A DNA stretch of 64,000 bases from an uncultured Acidobacteriota bacterium (GCA_963809485.1 CAWEJX010000008.1:416001-480000), one strand, 5' to 3'. Numbered from the stretch's first letter, positions 11,207 through 20,864 are shown. The notes: a model not told the origin generated them from the sequence alone. Translations and numbers: made by a program.

Positions 11207-12811
11207 CTATGGGACTTCAATCATCCTGGTAAGAGAACCCATCCTGCCTTGGACTCCTTCACGCACCACGGTTTTGATTCTGTATCGGCCGAATGTAAGT
11301 TTGAATGTGACTTTTGTCCTCAACCCATCACTGCGAAGATTCTGATAGCTCTCGTCCGATAATCTGAAATCAATGGATTTCTCCAGCCCGTCGATATAGT
11401 GGCCATTCTCATCGAAAGCGACCACGACCAGATTGATCACATTCCTGTGCCTGGAATCCTCGTTTAGGAAGTGCAGATGGCGGATGTCCGCAGTCGCCAG
11501 AAACGACACATCGTAGTGGGAGTCGTCATCCGGATCACAGTTGTACCCGAGCGCGATCGGGATTTCGTTAAAATTGCCGGGCGTCTGAATTGCTTCCAGA
11601 ATATCTTCCCTTTTCCTGCGCTGAAACGTCAGTTCCTCCTTCGGAGTGAAATAGCCGTTTCGATACGTCAGTTTCAAACCCGGGCGTGAGACCTCGAGCT
11701 TTATATGATGATACCGGTCGTCTGGTTTATGAAGAGCAGTCGCGTAGGTCAGGTAATAGACAGCTTTTGGGATAGCAACCTTCTGTAATCCTCGATGCAG
11801 ATCGTTATCATTATGATAAAAAATCCCGCCTGTCTCGTCAGCCAGCCTGCTCAAAGGCGCAGCTTTCGCATCCGCGCGATCAACGGCTGCACGCAGTGCA
11901 TTTGCCTCCCCTTCTGCAGGATGATCCTTTAGAAGAGTCAGTCCTGATAATGACTGTATTTCGGGAGGTATGAAATACGGGTTATAAAGGCCGCGTGCGT
12001 CGATCGTGTTCAAGACTACTCCCGCTCGCAGTGCTTGGTCGATAACCTCCTGAAGTTCTTGGCGCATCATACCGTCGGGATCCTCCAAATAACCGGCGGA
12101 GAAAAATACGACGTCCTTTGCCGCTTCAAAATGCTTTAGGGATCGAATGTGCCGATCTAATACTTTAAATAGTAAACTGCTCCGGTAATTGTTTTCCTCA
12201 TTTTGCTGAAGGGTCTCCTGAACAGCAGCACTGTCCGGCGTCCCGCTAGAGTTTAAGGTTCCGAGAAGAGCGCGGGTTTGCTCCAGAAGAACCTGTTTAT
12301 CATTTGAAAATGGGTACCGAACACGCCCGGACACTGAAATTATCTCGATCTGATCCTCAGGCCCCATGTCTGTCTCGATGAATTTGGCTATGGCATTTGT
12401 CACACTGAGGAAATGATCATCCGGGATTGAGAGAACATCGTCGATGTATATGGAAATCATGTGCGGACGCCGATTGTTCGTGTCTGGCGACTCCGAACCC
12501 CTGGAGACAGGATTCGAAGGCGTCGCCGAACTTGATAGGACCGGCGCGTAGCATTCCAGAGAGAACGTCTGGATAGCTTGCTGTTTCCCGTCCTCAAAAA
12601 TCTTGAAATCGCGCTGCGTGAGGTCGGTTACCGGATTGCCGTCTTTGTCCGTGACAACGGCGGAAACAACGACGATGTCAACCGGGAGTTTGAATGTGAG
12701 CTCATCCTTGTCCGCAGGCTGTTGCGTGGAGTTAGTACTTTGCGCCCACAGAGAGTGGCATGGGAATAGGAATATAATCAGCGGGATAATCCAAGCTCGA
12801 TTATATTTCAT
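11207..12811 (-). CDS. Acidobacterial VWA-domain protein
   Basis: VVVSAVVTDKDGNPVTDL..DF.IFEDGKQQ, IDARGL, LADETGG..NDL, YYLTY. Confidence 0.88.
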   Translation of the reverse strand: MKYNRAWIIPLIIFLFPCHSLWAQSTNSTQQPADKDELTFKLPVDIVVVSAVVTDKDGNPVTDLTQRDFKIFEDGKQQAIQTFSLECYAPVLSSSATPSNPVSRGSESPDTNNRRPHMISIYIDDVLSIPDDHFLSVTNAIAKFIETDMGPEDQIEIISVSGRVRYPFSNDKQVLLEQTRALLGTLNSSGTPDSAAVQETLQQNEENNYRSSLLFKVLDRHIRSLKHFEAAKDVVFFSAGYLEDPDGMMRQELQEVIDQALRAGVVLNTIDARGLYNPYFIPPEIQSLSGLTLLKDHPAEGEANALRAAVDRADAKAAPLSRLADETGGIFYHNDNDLHRGLQKVAIPKAVYYLTYATALHKPDDRYHHIKLEVSRPGLKLTYRNGYFTPKEELTFQRRKREDILEAIQTPGNFNEIPIALGYNCDPDDDSHYDVSFLATADIRHLHFLNEDSRHRNVINLVVVAFDENGHYIDGLEKSIDFRLSDESYQNLRSDGLRTKVTFKLTFGRYRIKTVVREGVQGRMGSLTRMIEVP

Positions 12812-12961
12812 TGTAAGTGCTCGTTGTTTCTATTATACATTAAAAAGTACTTATTCAAGTAGTAGACAATCTCAAAAATCTAATTGTTCGGGTAAACCGC
12901 CGCCTCTGGCGGCGAGACTCGAAAAGGCTCTGCAATGCGGGATGCGTCGCATAGGGACGCT

Positions 12962-13090
12962 ATGAATTTTGTGTGTCTAAATATTTTATCCGCCTCGGAC
13001 GCCAGCGCACGGCTGCCGTTAATTGTCTTCATTCACGGAGTCGGGAATACGCGCGGCGCCGCCTCGGAAAATCAGTATGACGGGGCTACC
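12962..13090 (+). pseudogene. Type-B carboxylesterase fragment
   Basis: CLNILSASDASARLPLIVFIHGVGNTRGAASENQYDG resembles the CLYLNVW...LPV.VFIHGGG segment of this family. Confidence 0.55.
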
Positions 13091-13146
13091 TGGTGCTCTG
13101 GCCGTACGGCTCTGGAGAGCCGGCGCCACAAAACCGCACCGACGGA

Positions 13147-14371
13147 TCATTTGAACAACAGGGGGGCCATGTCGGCCAGCGAGTATCGCCAGACCCTCCA
13201 CTCATGGTCGCCCGGGAAGCCCTTGAACACAAGGTTGATGCCTTTGCTGCGCAAATTCCCGGCCATCTTCTGCTGGAACGGCATCCGCGGGTCTTCCGTG
13301 CCGCAGGCGAAATATAGGACCTTGAGCTTCCTGTTTGTGGCTGCCGGATCCTTGAGGAAACCCGGAGAGACCTTCTCGAATGTCGAACTCAGGATAGGCG
13401 CCTGCCGCGACTCCTCCGAAGATGCCCGCACTGAACTCTCCGACATTGGCGAACATGTCCAGCCGCTTCAACCCGACATTGATCGCAATGCCGCCTCCCA
13501 TCGAGAGACCGGTGATCGCGCGGTTCTCCCTTCCGGGCAGCGTACGATAGGCCTTCTCGACAAACGGGATGATGTCACCAACGATCTCCTGCTCGGCCCT
13601 GTCATAATTTATTCCGCCGGCGGGCGGGAGCCCGCCCGCCCCGGGGACGGCCGTGCTGGCGCGCACGCCGCCGAAATCCAGCGCGGCAATGTCATTCCAG
13701 TTTGCATTCGGCATGATGATGATCATCGGCTTCGCCCTGCGTTGTGCGATCAGGTTGTCCAGGATCACATTCGCGGCGCCCATCTCCCGCCACTGATCTT
13801 CATCGCTGCTGCCGCCGTGGATCAGGTACAACACCGGGTATCTGGCGGCAGATGTTTCGTACCCTGGGGGCAGGTAGACCGCCATGCGCCTGTCGGTTTT
13901 CAGTCCGGTGGAGGCATACCACACGTCTGCGACTGTGCCGTGCGGAACCCTGGACACTTTAATGAACTCGGATTCGGGGCCGGAAACCAGAAGCAGGTTC
14001 TGGTAACGAGTAATGTCCCTGGCTACCTGGCTGTTGAGCGGGTCGAGCGCCGTGACGCCGTCCACTGTAAAGGTGTACACCCAGCTCTCCGGCTTAAGCG
14101 GCTCCGTCGTGACGCTCCAATTTCCCGATGCGTCCTTAATCATCTTCATGCCGCGCCCGCCGGGCCAATTCCCGTTTAGAAGGACCTCGCCGGCATTCGG
14201 TGCGTGCAACCGGAAAGTAACCCGGCCGTCGGGAGCTATTTCGACCGAACGCATCCCGGCTTCCTGACCTCCTCTTCCGCCACGCTTGGCCTGCAGCGCC
14301 CCGGTTGGCGGTTGGGCTATGGCACTCGCCGTAAAAACGGCAAACCACAGTATCGTCTGAGCCAGTTTCAT
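13147..14371 (-). CDS. Secreted esterase (Fes/XynZ-like alpha/beta hydrolase with CBM48-like N-terminal domain); frameshift near 13380
   Basis: VTFRLHAPNA, VYLPPGY, YPVLYLIHG, GLSMGG nucleophile elbow. The catalytic His (GDHEW) lies in the second-frame ORF 13147-13446. Confidence 0.85.
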
Positions 14372-14634
14372 AGGAACCTCCACTGCCGCGAAACATCGAG
14401 CCTCGTCGCGCGCATTCCTTCCATTTCGCATGAATTCCTTTGACAGATCAGCAGCAAATCAAATACTGCAGGCCAAAAGAAGTTGGATAAACAAATAAAT
14501 AGCATATTATTCGTCGTGTAGTGAAGACCTATGCGTTTGCAGTCATGTGCCTTTCATCGACAATGGCTGCATGTTCTTGCGAATGATCGCGCGCAATTCT
14601 GCGAACTCGCCCAAGCCCCGCATCCGCGAACCGA

Positions 14635-15037
14635 AGTCAGGCACCTCCGGCAAAGCCGGAGGCTTGAAAGATTTGAACCGCTCAAAGCGGTTGGAGGAGT
14701 TATGCCGGTCTTGAACGCCGACTTACGCGGGCAAAAGCCGATGAGGCGCTTCCGATCCCCGCTGGGGCCAGCGCTCCGCGCTGGACAGTTTTCTGCGGCG
14801 GCACTGTGGAAAGCGCCGTGCGGCAAGCAGATGAAGGGTATGAGAAACCGGGCGTTTGCCACAGTGCCGCCGCAGAAAACTCCATCGGAAGCGCCTCATC
14901 GGCTTTTGCTCGCCGACCCTCGCCGAACAAATCGGCGTTTGTCAGCGCTTTTATCAGCGTTTCTCAGCGTTTCAAAATACGGAGCGGTCAAACTCCTTGA
15001 GTCCCCCGGCAGAGCCGGGGGTTTACCAATGTAATTA
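14635..15037. mobile_element. Non-autonomous IS200/IS605-type element, copy 1 (longest, with nested hairpins)
   Basis: Terminal hairpins CCTCCGGC-AAA-GCCGGAGG and CCCCCGGC-AGA-GCCGGGGG, shared with 49490, 51605 and 57393; no transposase ORF. Confidence 0.75.
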
Positions 15038-16024
15038 GTGGGATTTCTTTGCCTGCGGCTTATCAAGTATGTAATTGGCTTCGACTGAAAACAGCCGGAA
15101 ATCGGAATATTTGTGCTGGTTTTTGCACATAAAAGCCGGGAAGCTCCATGTGATTGTTACTTCTTTGGGCAGCCAGAACGACTGCGACATCTTTTCAAAG
15201 TGCGTTTCTTGATAGTAAATATCGGTGGTTTGGTTCATTAAGGCGCTGTTGGGAACGAGCATATGGGTTTTCATGCGGGTAATCTGGCGACTTTCCGAAT
15301 CCAGCCACACGAATCCCTGCACCAGATGCACCAGAAACTGCATCTCGGCGCCGGAAACTTTATTAACAAAACCGGTCAGATAGTCTCCCGCTTCCGGTTT
15401 CTGAGCAAAGGCCAATACATAGGCGCCTTTTTTGTCGCGTCCGAGACAACGGAAAACAGAGCCCTTCTGATGATCAGGGTGAAGGTAGACGCACGTGTAG
15501 GCATATCCTTTGCTGATGCAAAACCTCGGATCGTTTTGGACAGGACGGCCGTTCTTGTCCACCCGGTCCTCTGTCCAGGGAAATCCCGCCTGGCGGGGCA
15601 ATATGAGATAGTAAAACTCTCGATGCGATTCCTTGGTCGAAGCTGATTTTTTCCGAGCGGTGATTCGACAATGCACCTTTTCTTTACATGAGATATTAGC
15701 CAAATTGCGAAAGAAAATTTCAATGTTTTCGCCGGCATTCTTCAAAAGCAAATCGAGGCTTCCCTGATCCGCGTTGAATCGTAGAGTTGAAAGCTCCGAA
15801 TAGCGTCGCTTCAGTTCCTCGGCGGTCATTTCAACTACTGTTTTAGAGGTTTTGGGTTGGATGCTTTCAATCGTAACGAGCTGAGATGCGCCCGTATTCA
15901 TCATCCATGCGCCCCATAGACATCCGGACATGAGAAATCGGATAGCTCCGCTTTTCATACCCGCATCCTTCCCCGGATTGCTCTCAGATTCATAGAAAAT
16001 ATTATTCCTCTGAGTTCTCTTCAT
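15035..16024 (-). CDS. Exported hypothetical protein of the type found beside acidobacterial VWA genes (start may be 15958)
   Basis: 329-aa ORF with QGFVWLD..QITR, FWLPKEV and HKYSDFRLFSV. Confidence 0.65.
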   Translation of the reverse strand: MKRTQRNNIFYESESNPGKDAGMKSGAIRFLMSGCLWGAWMMNTGASQLVTIESIQPKTSKTVVEMTAEELKRRYSELSTLRFNADQGSLDLLLKNAGENIEIFFRNLANISCKEKVHCRITARKKSASTKESHREFYYLILPRQAGFPWTEDRVDKNGRPVQNDPRFCISKGYAYTCVYLHPDHQKGSVFRCLGRDKKGAYVLAFAQKPEAGDYLTGFVNKVSGAEMQFLVHLVQGFVWLDSESRQITRMKTHMLVPNSALMNQTTDIYYQETHFEKMSQSFWLPKEVTITWSFPAFMCKNQHKYSDFRLFSVEANYILDKPQAKKSH

Positions 16025-16283
16025 CCTCCGTCGCAGGTTCAGGGGGGCGATCCTGAACGGTGAAATCGATGGCTTGAACAGCGGCGCGCCTGTTTTTATC
16101 AGGCTTCCTGTCCCGTATCACGAACTGCATTACATAATCTCCGGGCGCCATATCTTCATCAAGGGTCAGCCTTTTCACTATCGGGACCATGCCGAAATCA
16201 TCCGCCGGCGGAATGGGGACGGCCTCGATTTCGCTTCGAAAGCACTCCTGCGCGTCCTTCAGCAAAGGTATCTGCGATTCTAA
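16002..16283 (-). pseudogene. C-terminal fragment of a VWA-domain protein
   Basis: LDEDMAPGDYVMQFVIRD..AVQAIDFTV resembles the tail of 9388-11190; the 5' part is missing. Confidence 0.55.
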
Positions 16284-16379
16284 TTGAGAGCGATAGGAAG
16301 TTCAATCTCCCGCTCCGGCCACGGCATAAAAGCCTTCTGGAAGGATAGGGAAAAATTGCTTGGGGGATCAGCCTCTCGG

Positions 16380-16625
16380 TCAGATATCGACATCCTCGAT
16401 GCGGATGCCGCGCCCGGCCTTGAGACTGGATCGCGCTGCCTCAATTCGGGCAAGAAATCCGGGATCATGCTCCAGCCGGTAGTCGAACCAGTCGTCTTCA
16501 GACTCGAAACCGATCAGAATTCCGGCCGGCCGGCCATGCCTCGTGATCACGACCTCCTCCTTTTCCGCAATTCGCAGAAACTTTGAGAGATCGTCTTTAA
16601 CTACAGAAAGTGCAGCCTTCTTCAT
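16380..16625 (-). CDS. Phd/YefM-family antitoxin
   Basis: VKDDLSKFLRIAEKEEVVITRHGRPAGIL. Confidence 0.88.
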   Translation of the reverse strand: MKKAALSVVKDDLSKFLRIAEKEEVVITRHGRPAGILIGFESEDDWFDYRLEHDPGFLARIEAARSSLKAGRGIRIEDVDI

Positions 16626-16915
16626 AAGGGTTCACCCGCCTGCTTCAACCACGCTTCGGCCCGGGATTTCGCGATGATGGCGAGCACCTCGACTGAGGAA
16701 CGCGTGACGTCATAGTAAACGCGTATTTCGCCGACGCGAAGGCGATACTGCGGTCTGGAAAATCCGCGGAGACGCTTGATGCGGCTCCGGCCGGTTTTCA
16801 TGGGCCCATGACGCAAATGCCTTTCGATGGCATCCTTGACCTCCGCCCGATAGTGGGCGTCAAGATGCTTCAGGTCATCGGCCGCCTCGGGAGCGAAAAT
16901 TATCGCATATCGCAT
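16622..16915 (-). CDS. RelE/ParE-family toxin, located upstream of its antitoxin
   Basis: YAIIFAPEAADDLKHL...QYRLRVGEIRVYYDV; 4-bp overlap with the antitoxin. Confidence 0.85.
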   Translation of the reverse strand: MRYAIIFAPEAADDLKHLDAHYRAEVKDAIERHLRHGPMKTGRSRIKRLRGFSRPQYRLRVGEIRVYYDVTRSSVEVLAIIAKSRAEAWLKQAGEPL

Positions 16916-16924
16916 TCTGGCCAG

Positions 16925-16953
16925 ATTATAGCCATATTTTATCGGCAGATCAA
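16925..16953 (-). promoter_or_regulatory. Sigma70 promoter of the relE-phd operon (leaderless or near-leaderless)
   Basis: TTGATC-17 bp-TATAAT ending 9 bp before the ATG at 16915. Confidence 0.6.
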
Positions 16954-16974
16954 GCAATCAAAAAGGCCTGGTCG

Positions 16975-17175
16975 GATCGTTGCTCACCTGTCGGGGGCGG
17001 AAAGGGCCAACCGCATACAAAAAGTCGCGGTGGAGAAATCCAGATTAGGCATTCCCCTCATTTTCGGACTGGACGTGATTCACGGCTTCCGGACCATCTT
17101 CCCCATCTCCCTGGCGGAAGCCGCCAGCTGGGACCCGGAGCTGGTGGAAAAGTCGGCCCACATCGCCGCGGAGTG
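16975..17175 (+). pseudogene. GH3 beta-glucosidase (BglX-like) internal fragment
   Basis: NRIQKVAVEKSRLGIPLIFGLDVIHGFRTIFPISLAEAASWDPELVE. Confidence 0.85.
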
Positions 17176-17381
17176 GTCCGCGCAATTGCTCGTCTCCGCG
17201 GATGAACGTCCGTGCGCTGCCGCCAGCCATTATGGACTGAATGTGGAGGCATTGCCTGCCGGTTAGAAGGTTCCGGCGGCGAGACCGTTTTTATCTCATC
17301 GCGAACAGCCTGCTTCTCCCGCGCCCCGCCTCAAAAACTGAATTGTTCCTGAAATCTCCGGTTTGTTGACGGCAGTACCTG

Positions 17382-17409
17382 TTGACAACGAATTCACTTT
17401 ATGTATAAC
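17382..17409 (+). promoter_or_regulatory. Sigma70 promoter of the abrB-vapC operon
   Basis: TTGACA-16 bp-TATAAC, followed by a GGGAG RBS. Confidence 0.55.
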
Positions 17410-17435
17410 TATTATTAAAAAGGGAGAATTATAGA

Positions 17436-17684
17436 ATGGCTGTTCTACAAATGTCTCAAAAGGGACAAATTCTCATTCCGAGGAAACTTCGTGAGAGGGC
17501 AGGCCTCAAGCCCGGAGCTCTGGTGCAGGTGATCGAGGAACCGAACCGGCTCGTTCTCAAGGCGGTGCCTTCCGACCCGATTGCGGCGGCCACGGGATTT
17601 CTGGGAATAAAATCATCTCTGACGCGAGACCTGTTGCGGGAACACAGGGAGGAAGCCCGGCGTGAACGAAAGAATCGTTCTTGA
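17436..17684 (+). CDS. AbrB/MazE/SpoVT-family antitoxin (VapB)
   Basis: MSQKGQILIPRKLRERAGLKPG. Confidence 0.88.
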   Translation: MAVLQMSQKGQILIPRKLRERAGLKPGALVQVIEEPNRLVLKAVPSDPIAAATGFLGIKSSLTRDLLREHREEARRERKNRS

Positions 17685-18066
17685 TAGTTTTGCGTTGATC
17701 AGCCTTTTCAACAAAGAACCGGGCTGGCCGATAGTCCAGGAGTGCCTTTACGAGCTTCAAGCAAAGGGCGGCAGAGCCCTGCTCTGCTGGATCAATTGGG
17801 GCGAGGTTTATTACGTGATCGCGCGCAGGGCGGGGCGGGCCAAAGCCGTGGAGACGATGCATCTGCTCGAGCAGCTTCCTGTCGAACTTGAGAACGTGGA
17901 CCCGGAACTGGTACGGAGCGCGGCGGAGGTTAAATGCGATTATGCCGTATCCTACGCCGACGCGTTTTGCGTGGCCACAGCTTTGCGCCACCAGGGAGTC
18001 ATTTTGACGAGCGATCCTGAATTTGCCGCGGTCTCCGAACGGGTCCAGATCCGCTGGCTGCGTTAG
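17662..18066 (+). CDS. VapC PIN-domain toxin
   Basis: VLDSFALI...NWGEVYY...SYADAF..ATA...ILTSDPEF. Confidence 0.9.
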   Translation: MNERIVLDSFALISLFNKEPGWPIVQECLYELQAKGGRALLCWINWGEVYYVIARRAGRAKAVETMHLLEQLPVELENVDPELVRSAAEVKCDYAVSYADAFCVATALRHQGVILTSDPEFAAVSERVQIRWLR

Positions 18067-18091
18067 TGCCCAGTTTCCCGCCACCCAGAAG

Positions 18092-18168
18092 GGGGACAGT
18101 CACCAGTGTCCCCACCCTATACGGCTGGGGAAGGAGCCTCATTGGTGGGGACACTGGTGACTGTCCCC
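18092..18168. repeat. Perfect 25-bp inverted repeat (REP-like)
   Basis: ggggacagtcaccagtgtccccacc / ggtggggacactggtgactgtcccc. Confidence 0.85.
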
Positions 18169-18211
18169 TTTTTTGCACTTCCACTGGCATAGCTTCATGC
18201 GCTCTTTCAGC

Positions 18212-18262
18212 TGCCGCCGGAAGGAGGCTGTAAATGCCTTGGAAAGGGCTCTGGACGCCTAA
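18212..18262 (+). pseudogene. 3'-terminal relic of a tyrosine integrase paralogous to 42555-43637
   Basis: RRKEAVNALERALDA* versus LRKKAMDAMETALSGA*. Both are followed by taatggaN..tatcgga and ggctgtaagtt, then the tRNA 3' end. Confidence 0.6.
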
Positions 18263-18370
18263 TGGACTCTATCGGACTTTGTCTCGGATGGGGTTGGCTG
18301 TAAGTTATAGGATTCAGCTCGCCTTCGCTAAAGCTACGGCGAGCAAGCCAGCCGAAGCCATGGCGGAGGC

Positions 18371-18415
18371 TGGAGCGGGAGACGGGGATCGAACCCGCGA
18401 CGTCCAGCTTGGGAA
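18371..18415 (-). repeat. att site: duplicated 3' 45 nt of tRNA-Gly(CCC)
   Basis: Matches 43691-43735 except at 18384 and 18396; identity ends at the anticodon loop. Confidence 0.95.
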
Positions 18416-18512
18416 ATTGACTCAACATTGACAATAAAGAACATAGGGTCCACGGCGTTGATTCTCGATGATATAAAACGCCTTGTTTTCGCGGGTCCGG
18501 GAAAAAGCGTGT

Positions 18513-18684
18513 CTTAATGGAGTACAAATGGAGTACGGTGACTTTTAACGTCCCCAAAAGATACCGGCAATCAGCGATTGCCAGCGGAATTTTCTGACTG
18601 ATCGTAAAATGGCAATCATCTAGAGGCGAACGGAGTTTGCCCTGTAATCACCTTGGACTACCGGATGGAGTACATTGGGAGTAC
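18513..18684. promoter_or_regulatory. Putative integrase arm-type binding sites (paired GGAGTAC)
   Basis: cttaatggagtacaaatggagtacgg (18513) and atggagtacattgggagtac (18665) match cttaatggagtatatcggagtacgg at 43633. Confidence 0.7.
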
Positions 18685-18707
18685 ACATCTGATTCGCGTC
18701 GATCAGC

Positions 18708-19094
18708 TCAGATAAACATTTTGGATATTAGAGAGACGAACTCACGAGCATCAGAAACGCGCCCCTGAGCGGTCTCTCGATCAGCATGCCAGAAGACGTC
18801 GTAGTCCGCCTTTTGCCGCCATTCAAAATCCTCGATGAGCATCTGGTGATATCGCGGCTCCATTTTACCTGTTTTGGCATACTCTCGCCCGAACGCGGCA
18901 ACAACGGCGGAGTGTTTGGATCCGGCAATCACTCCGTCACGAATCAGCAGAGCTTTTGCCGCGTAGAACATCGCATAATAAGCCCGAGATATCGCATCAT
19001 CGAAAAGCTCCTCCGAAACCAGAGCTTCCGAAGCGCTCACGGCGTTGTTTGCCTTCTTTAGCCAATGCTTGCCTTCGTCCCGCTTATCGGCCAC
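18708..19094 (-). CDS. HEPN-domain toxin
   Basis: AISRAYYAMFYAAKALL..KHSAV..F..RQKADY. Confidence 0.88.
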   Translation of the reverse strand: MADKRDEGKHWLKKANNAVSASEALVSEELFDDAISRAYYAMFYAAKALLIRDGVIAGSKHSAVVAAFGREYAKTGKMEPRYHQMLIEDFEWRQKADYDVFWHADRETAQGRVSDAREFVSLISKMFI

Positions 19095-19420
19095 AGCGAT
19101 TTGCCCTCGCGCAGGATATTCCCCAGGTAGCTGGATCCTGCTTCACTTAACAGCAGATAGTGTTCATGGTCGATGATATTCAGAGAAATCAGCGGCTGGA
19201 ATTCGCGATCCCACATCAGTTGGTATGCAATACGATGAATCTTTTCACTCTCGCTTCGGCTCGAATCTCGTACCACGACCAGTACGTCCAGATCGGAATC
19301 CGGCTCTTCATCTCCTCTGGCTCGAGAACCATAAAGGATGACCTGTTCCAGATTACGCCCCAAAGCCATTCCGAGTTTATCTCGGAGTAGTTGAAGCAGG
19401 TCTTCGATATCCTGTTTCAT
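19058..19420 (-). CDS. Minimal nucleotidyltransferase (MNT) antitoxin
   Basis: ILYGSRARGDEEPDSDLDVLVV (GS-x10-DxD). Confidence 0.9.
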   Translation of the reverse strand: MKQDIEDLLQLLRDKLGMALGRNLEQVILYGSRARGDEEPDSDLDVLVVVRDSSRSESEKIHRIAYQLMWDREFQPLISLNIIDHEHYLLLSEAGSSYLGNILREGKSLWPISGTKASIG

Positions 19421-19527
19421 CGTTTTGCTCCAAATTTACAGGCATTGTAACATGCTGAAGCTCTAACCCTGATAGTGATATTATGCCGTCAATTCAGCTT
19501 CGAAACCGAATGTGAGCCGGCCGGCGC

Positions 19528-20538
19528 TCAGAACTTGGCAGTAAAATTCAAGCCAATCGCATTGCCCTGGAAACGGTCCACGGCGGAAAACTCATGAAAC
19601 CAATGGAAGTTTACTATTATCATCCGCTTCACGGAAGTCACCCCTGCCTGTACCCCTGCCGCATGCACGCGGTCATGCACAGGGGGATTTCCGACATCCG
19701 CGCCGCTGTCATCCGAAATCTGAAAGCTGCTGTAGCCGGCGGGACCGACTTCAAGCAGGACCGTTTTGTCCTTCTTCAGCGGGAGATACTGGCTTACGCC
19801 CCAATTCCATGTGAGGTCCTGACCCGGTGTCAGATCGAAGCCCCTTTTCTTCCGGTGGATCTCCCAGGTTAATGCGTTCTCGACAGCCATCCGCCGATCG
19901 GCCCAGGGGTACAAGTAAAGCGCTCCCTGGTTCTGGTTTGTCCAGAAGCCCAGCCCGATATTGTCGGCTGCTTCGGCCTTGACAGGACCGACTACCGGCA
20001 GGGTCACGGTCGTGGTCTTGTATTTTCCGGAGGGAATATAAAATCCATAGCCATAGGAAACGTCATATCTCTTCCCGGTCCAGCCCAGCCAGAGCGGTTG
20101 TACAAAGATATCCCCGATATTAAACTGGCCGGTGCTGGCACTTCGGCCGACTCCGCTCACACTGGAGAGCTCTCCGTTGATACTGTTGTTTGAAAATGTA
20201 GGGGAAAAATACGCGCCATAATGCCCCCCAAGCGTTTTCCTGTTGGCCACCCAGATGAAGGCGGGAGCCAGAGCATAGGCAGAAATGTCCACATCAATTC
20301 CTATCGCTCGGCCTCCGATTGTAACGGAACTGATCATGTTGCCGTTTGCGTCATTGACGCGGGTTGTCCCATAGCCGTAGTTGTAGATCACCCCGTAGAA
20401 GCCTGGAGCGGGAACGGCCAAATCGCGAATACTGGGAACGCCGGCAACAAAATGGCCGATTTCACTGGCGGATGCCGTCACTGCTGTAACCGCGACAATA
20501 AGGATCATGGATCCCAGCGCGAGTATCTTGCGTTTCAT
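19528..20538 (-). CDS. SphA/MetA-pathway-like outer-membrane beta-barrel protein
   Basis: Signal peptide MKRKILALG.., PAPGFY, IGDIFVQPLWLGW, YIPSGKY, NIGLGFWT, C-terminal F. Confidence 0.75.
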   Translation of the reverse strand: MKRKILALGSMILIVAVTAVTASASEIGHFVAGVPSIRDLAVPAPGFYGVIYNYGYGTTRVNDANGNMISSVTIGGRAIGIDVDISAYALAPAFIWVANRKTLGGHYGAYFSPTFSNNSINGELSSVSGVGRSASTGQFNIGDIFVQPLWLGWTGKRYDVSYGYGFYIPSGKYKTTTVTLPVVGPVKAEAADNIGLGFWTNQNQGALYLYPWADRRMAVENALTWEIHRKKRGFDLTPGQDLTWNWGVSQYLPLKKDKTVLLEVGPAGYSSFQISDDSGADVGNPPVHDRVHAAGVQAGVTSVKRMIIVNFHWFHEFSAVDRFQGNAIGLNFTAKF

Positions 20539-20654
20539 AGAGACTCCGTCTGATTTGAGTACGTGCAGCTGTTGTTGTGCAATACATGTCCTCGCCGGTA
20601 ACCGATGATTTGTAACAGGCAGCAAGTCTGACCTGGAACGGGACTGGATCCTCT

Positions 20655-20840
20655 TACCCGTGGTGCGCGGCCCGCAGGAACCTGCCCAACGATCGGCAAA
20701 TGCCCTCGTCATCATCCATGAACTGCAACCTGGATGCTCCGGGCCGCTGCTCACAGGTAAAAATAGCCGCCGGCGCGCTGGGCTGACTACTGCCCTTTGG
20801 GGCAGGTGGCATTGGGAAGGGGTTAGTGATCAGTTATCGG
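20655..20840 (-). promoter_or_regulatory. Copy B of the promoter module plus a decayed response-regulator 5' end
   Basis: CTGCCC-CAAA-GGGCAG-tagtcagcccagcgcgccggcggcta, then a frameshifted VSSGP..VAV.DDDEGICRSLGRFLRAAH; compare 37465-37610. Confidence 0.8.
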
Positions 20841-20864
20841 GTCTTCCCGAGGTTTTTCCACTAC

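Noticed and set aside
12935-14179. Long antisense ORFs (also 6455-7396, 28871-29983, 47697-48926, 51932-53107, 53551-54675)
   Set aside because: Shadow frames of well-supported opposite-strand genes in GC-rich DNA. Only the first ~45 codons of 12935 match a carboxylesterase fragment.
14531-15038. Short ORFs over the repeat elements (also 49340-49624, 51529-51826, 57396-57590)
   Set aside because: Translations of non-coding palindromic repeats; their mutual similarity just reflects the DNA repeat.
18185-18200. Sigma54-like TGGCATAGCTTCATGC
   Set aside because: GG-to-GC spacing is off by one base and no gene start follows.
19528-20754. 408-aa version of the SphA-like ORF starting at 20754
   Set aside because: The extension is the frameshifted response-regulator relic; the signal peptide starts at 20538.
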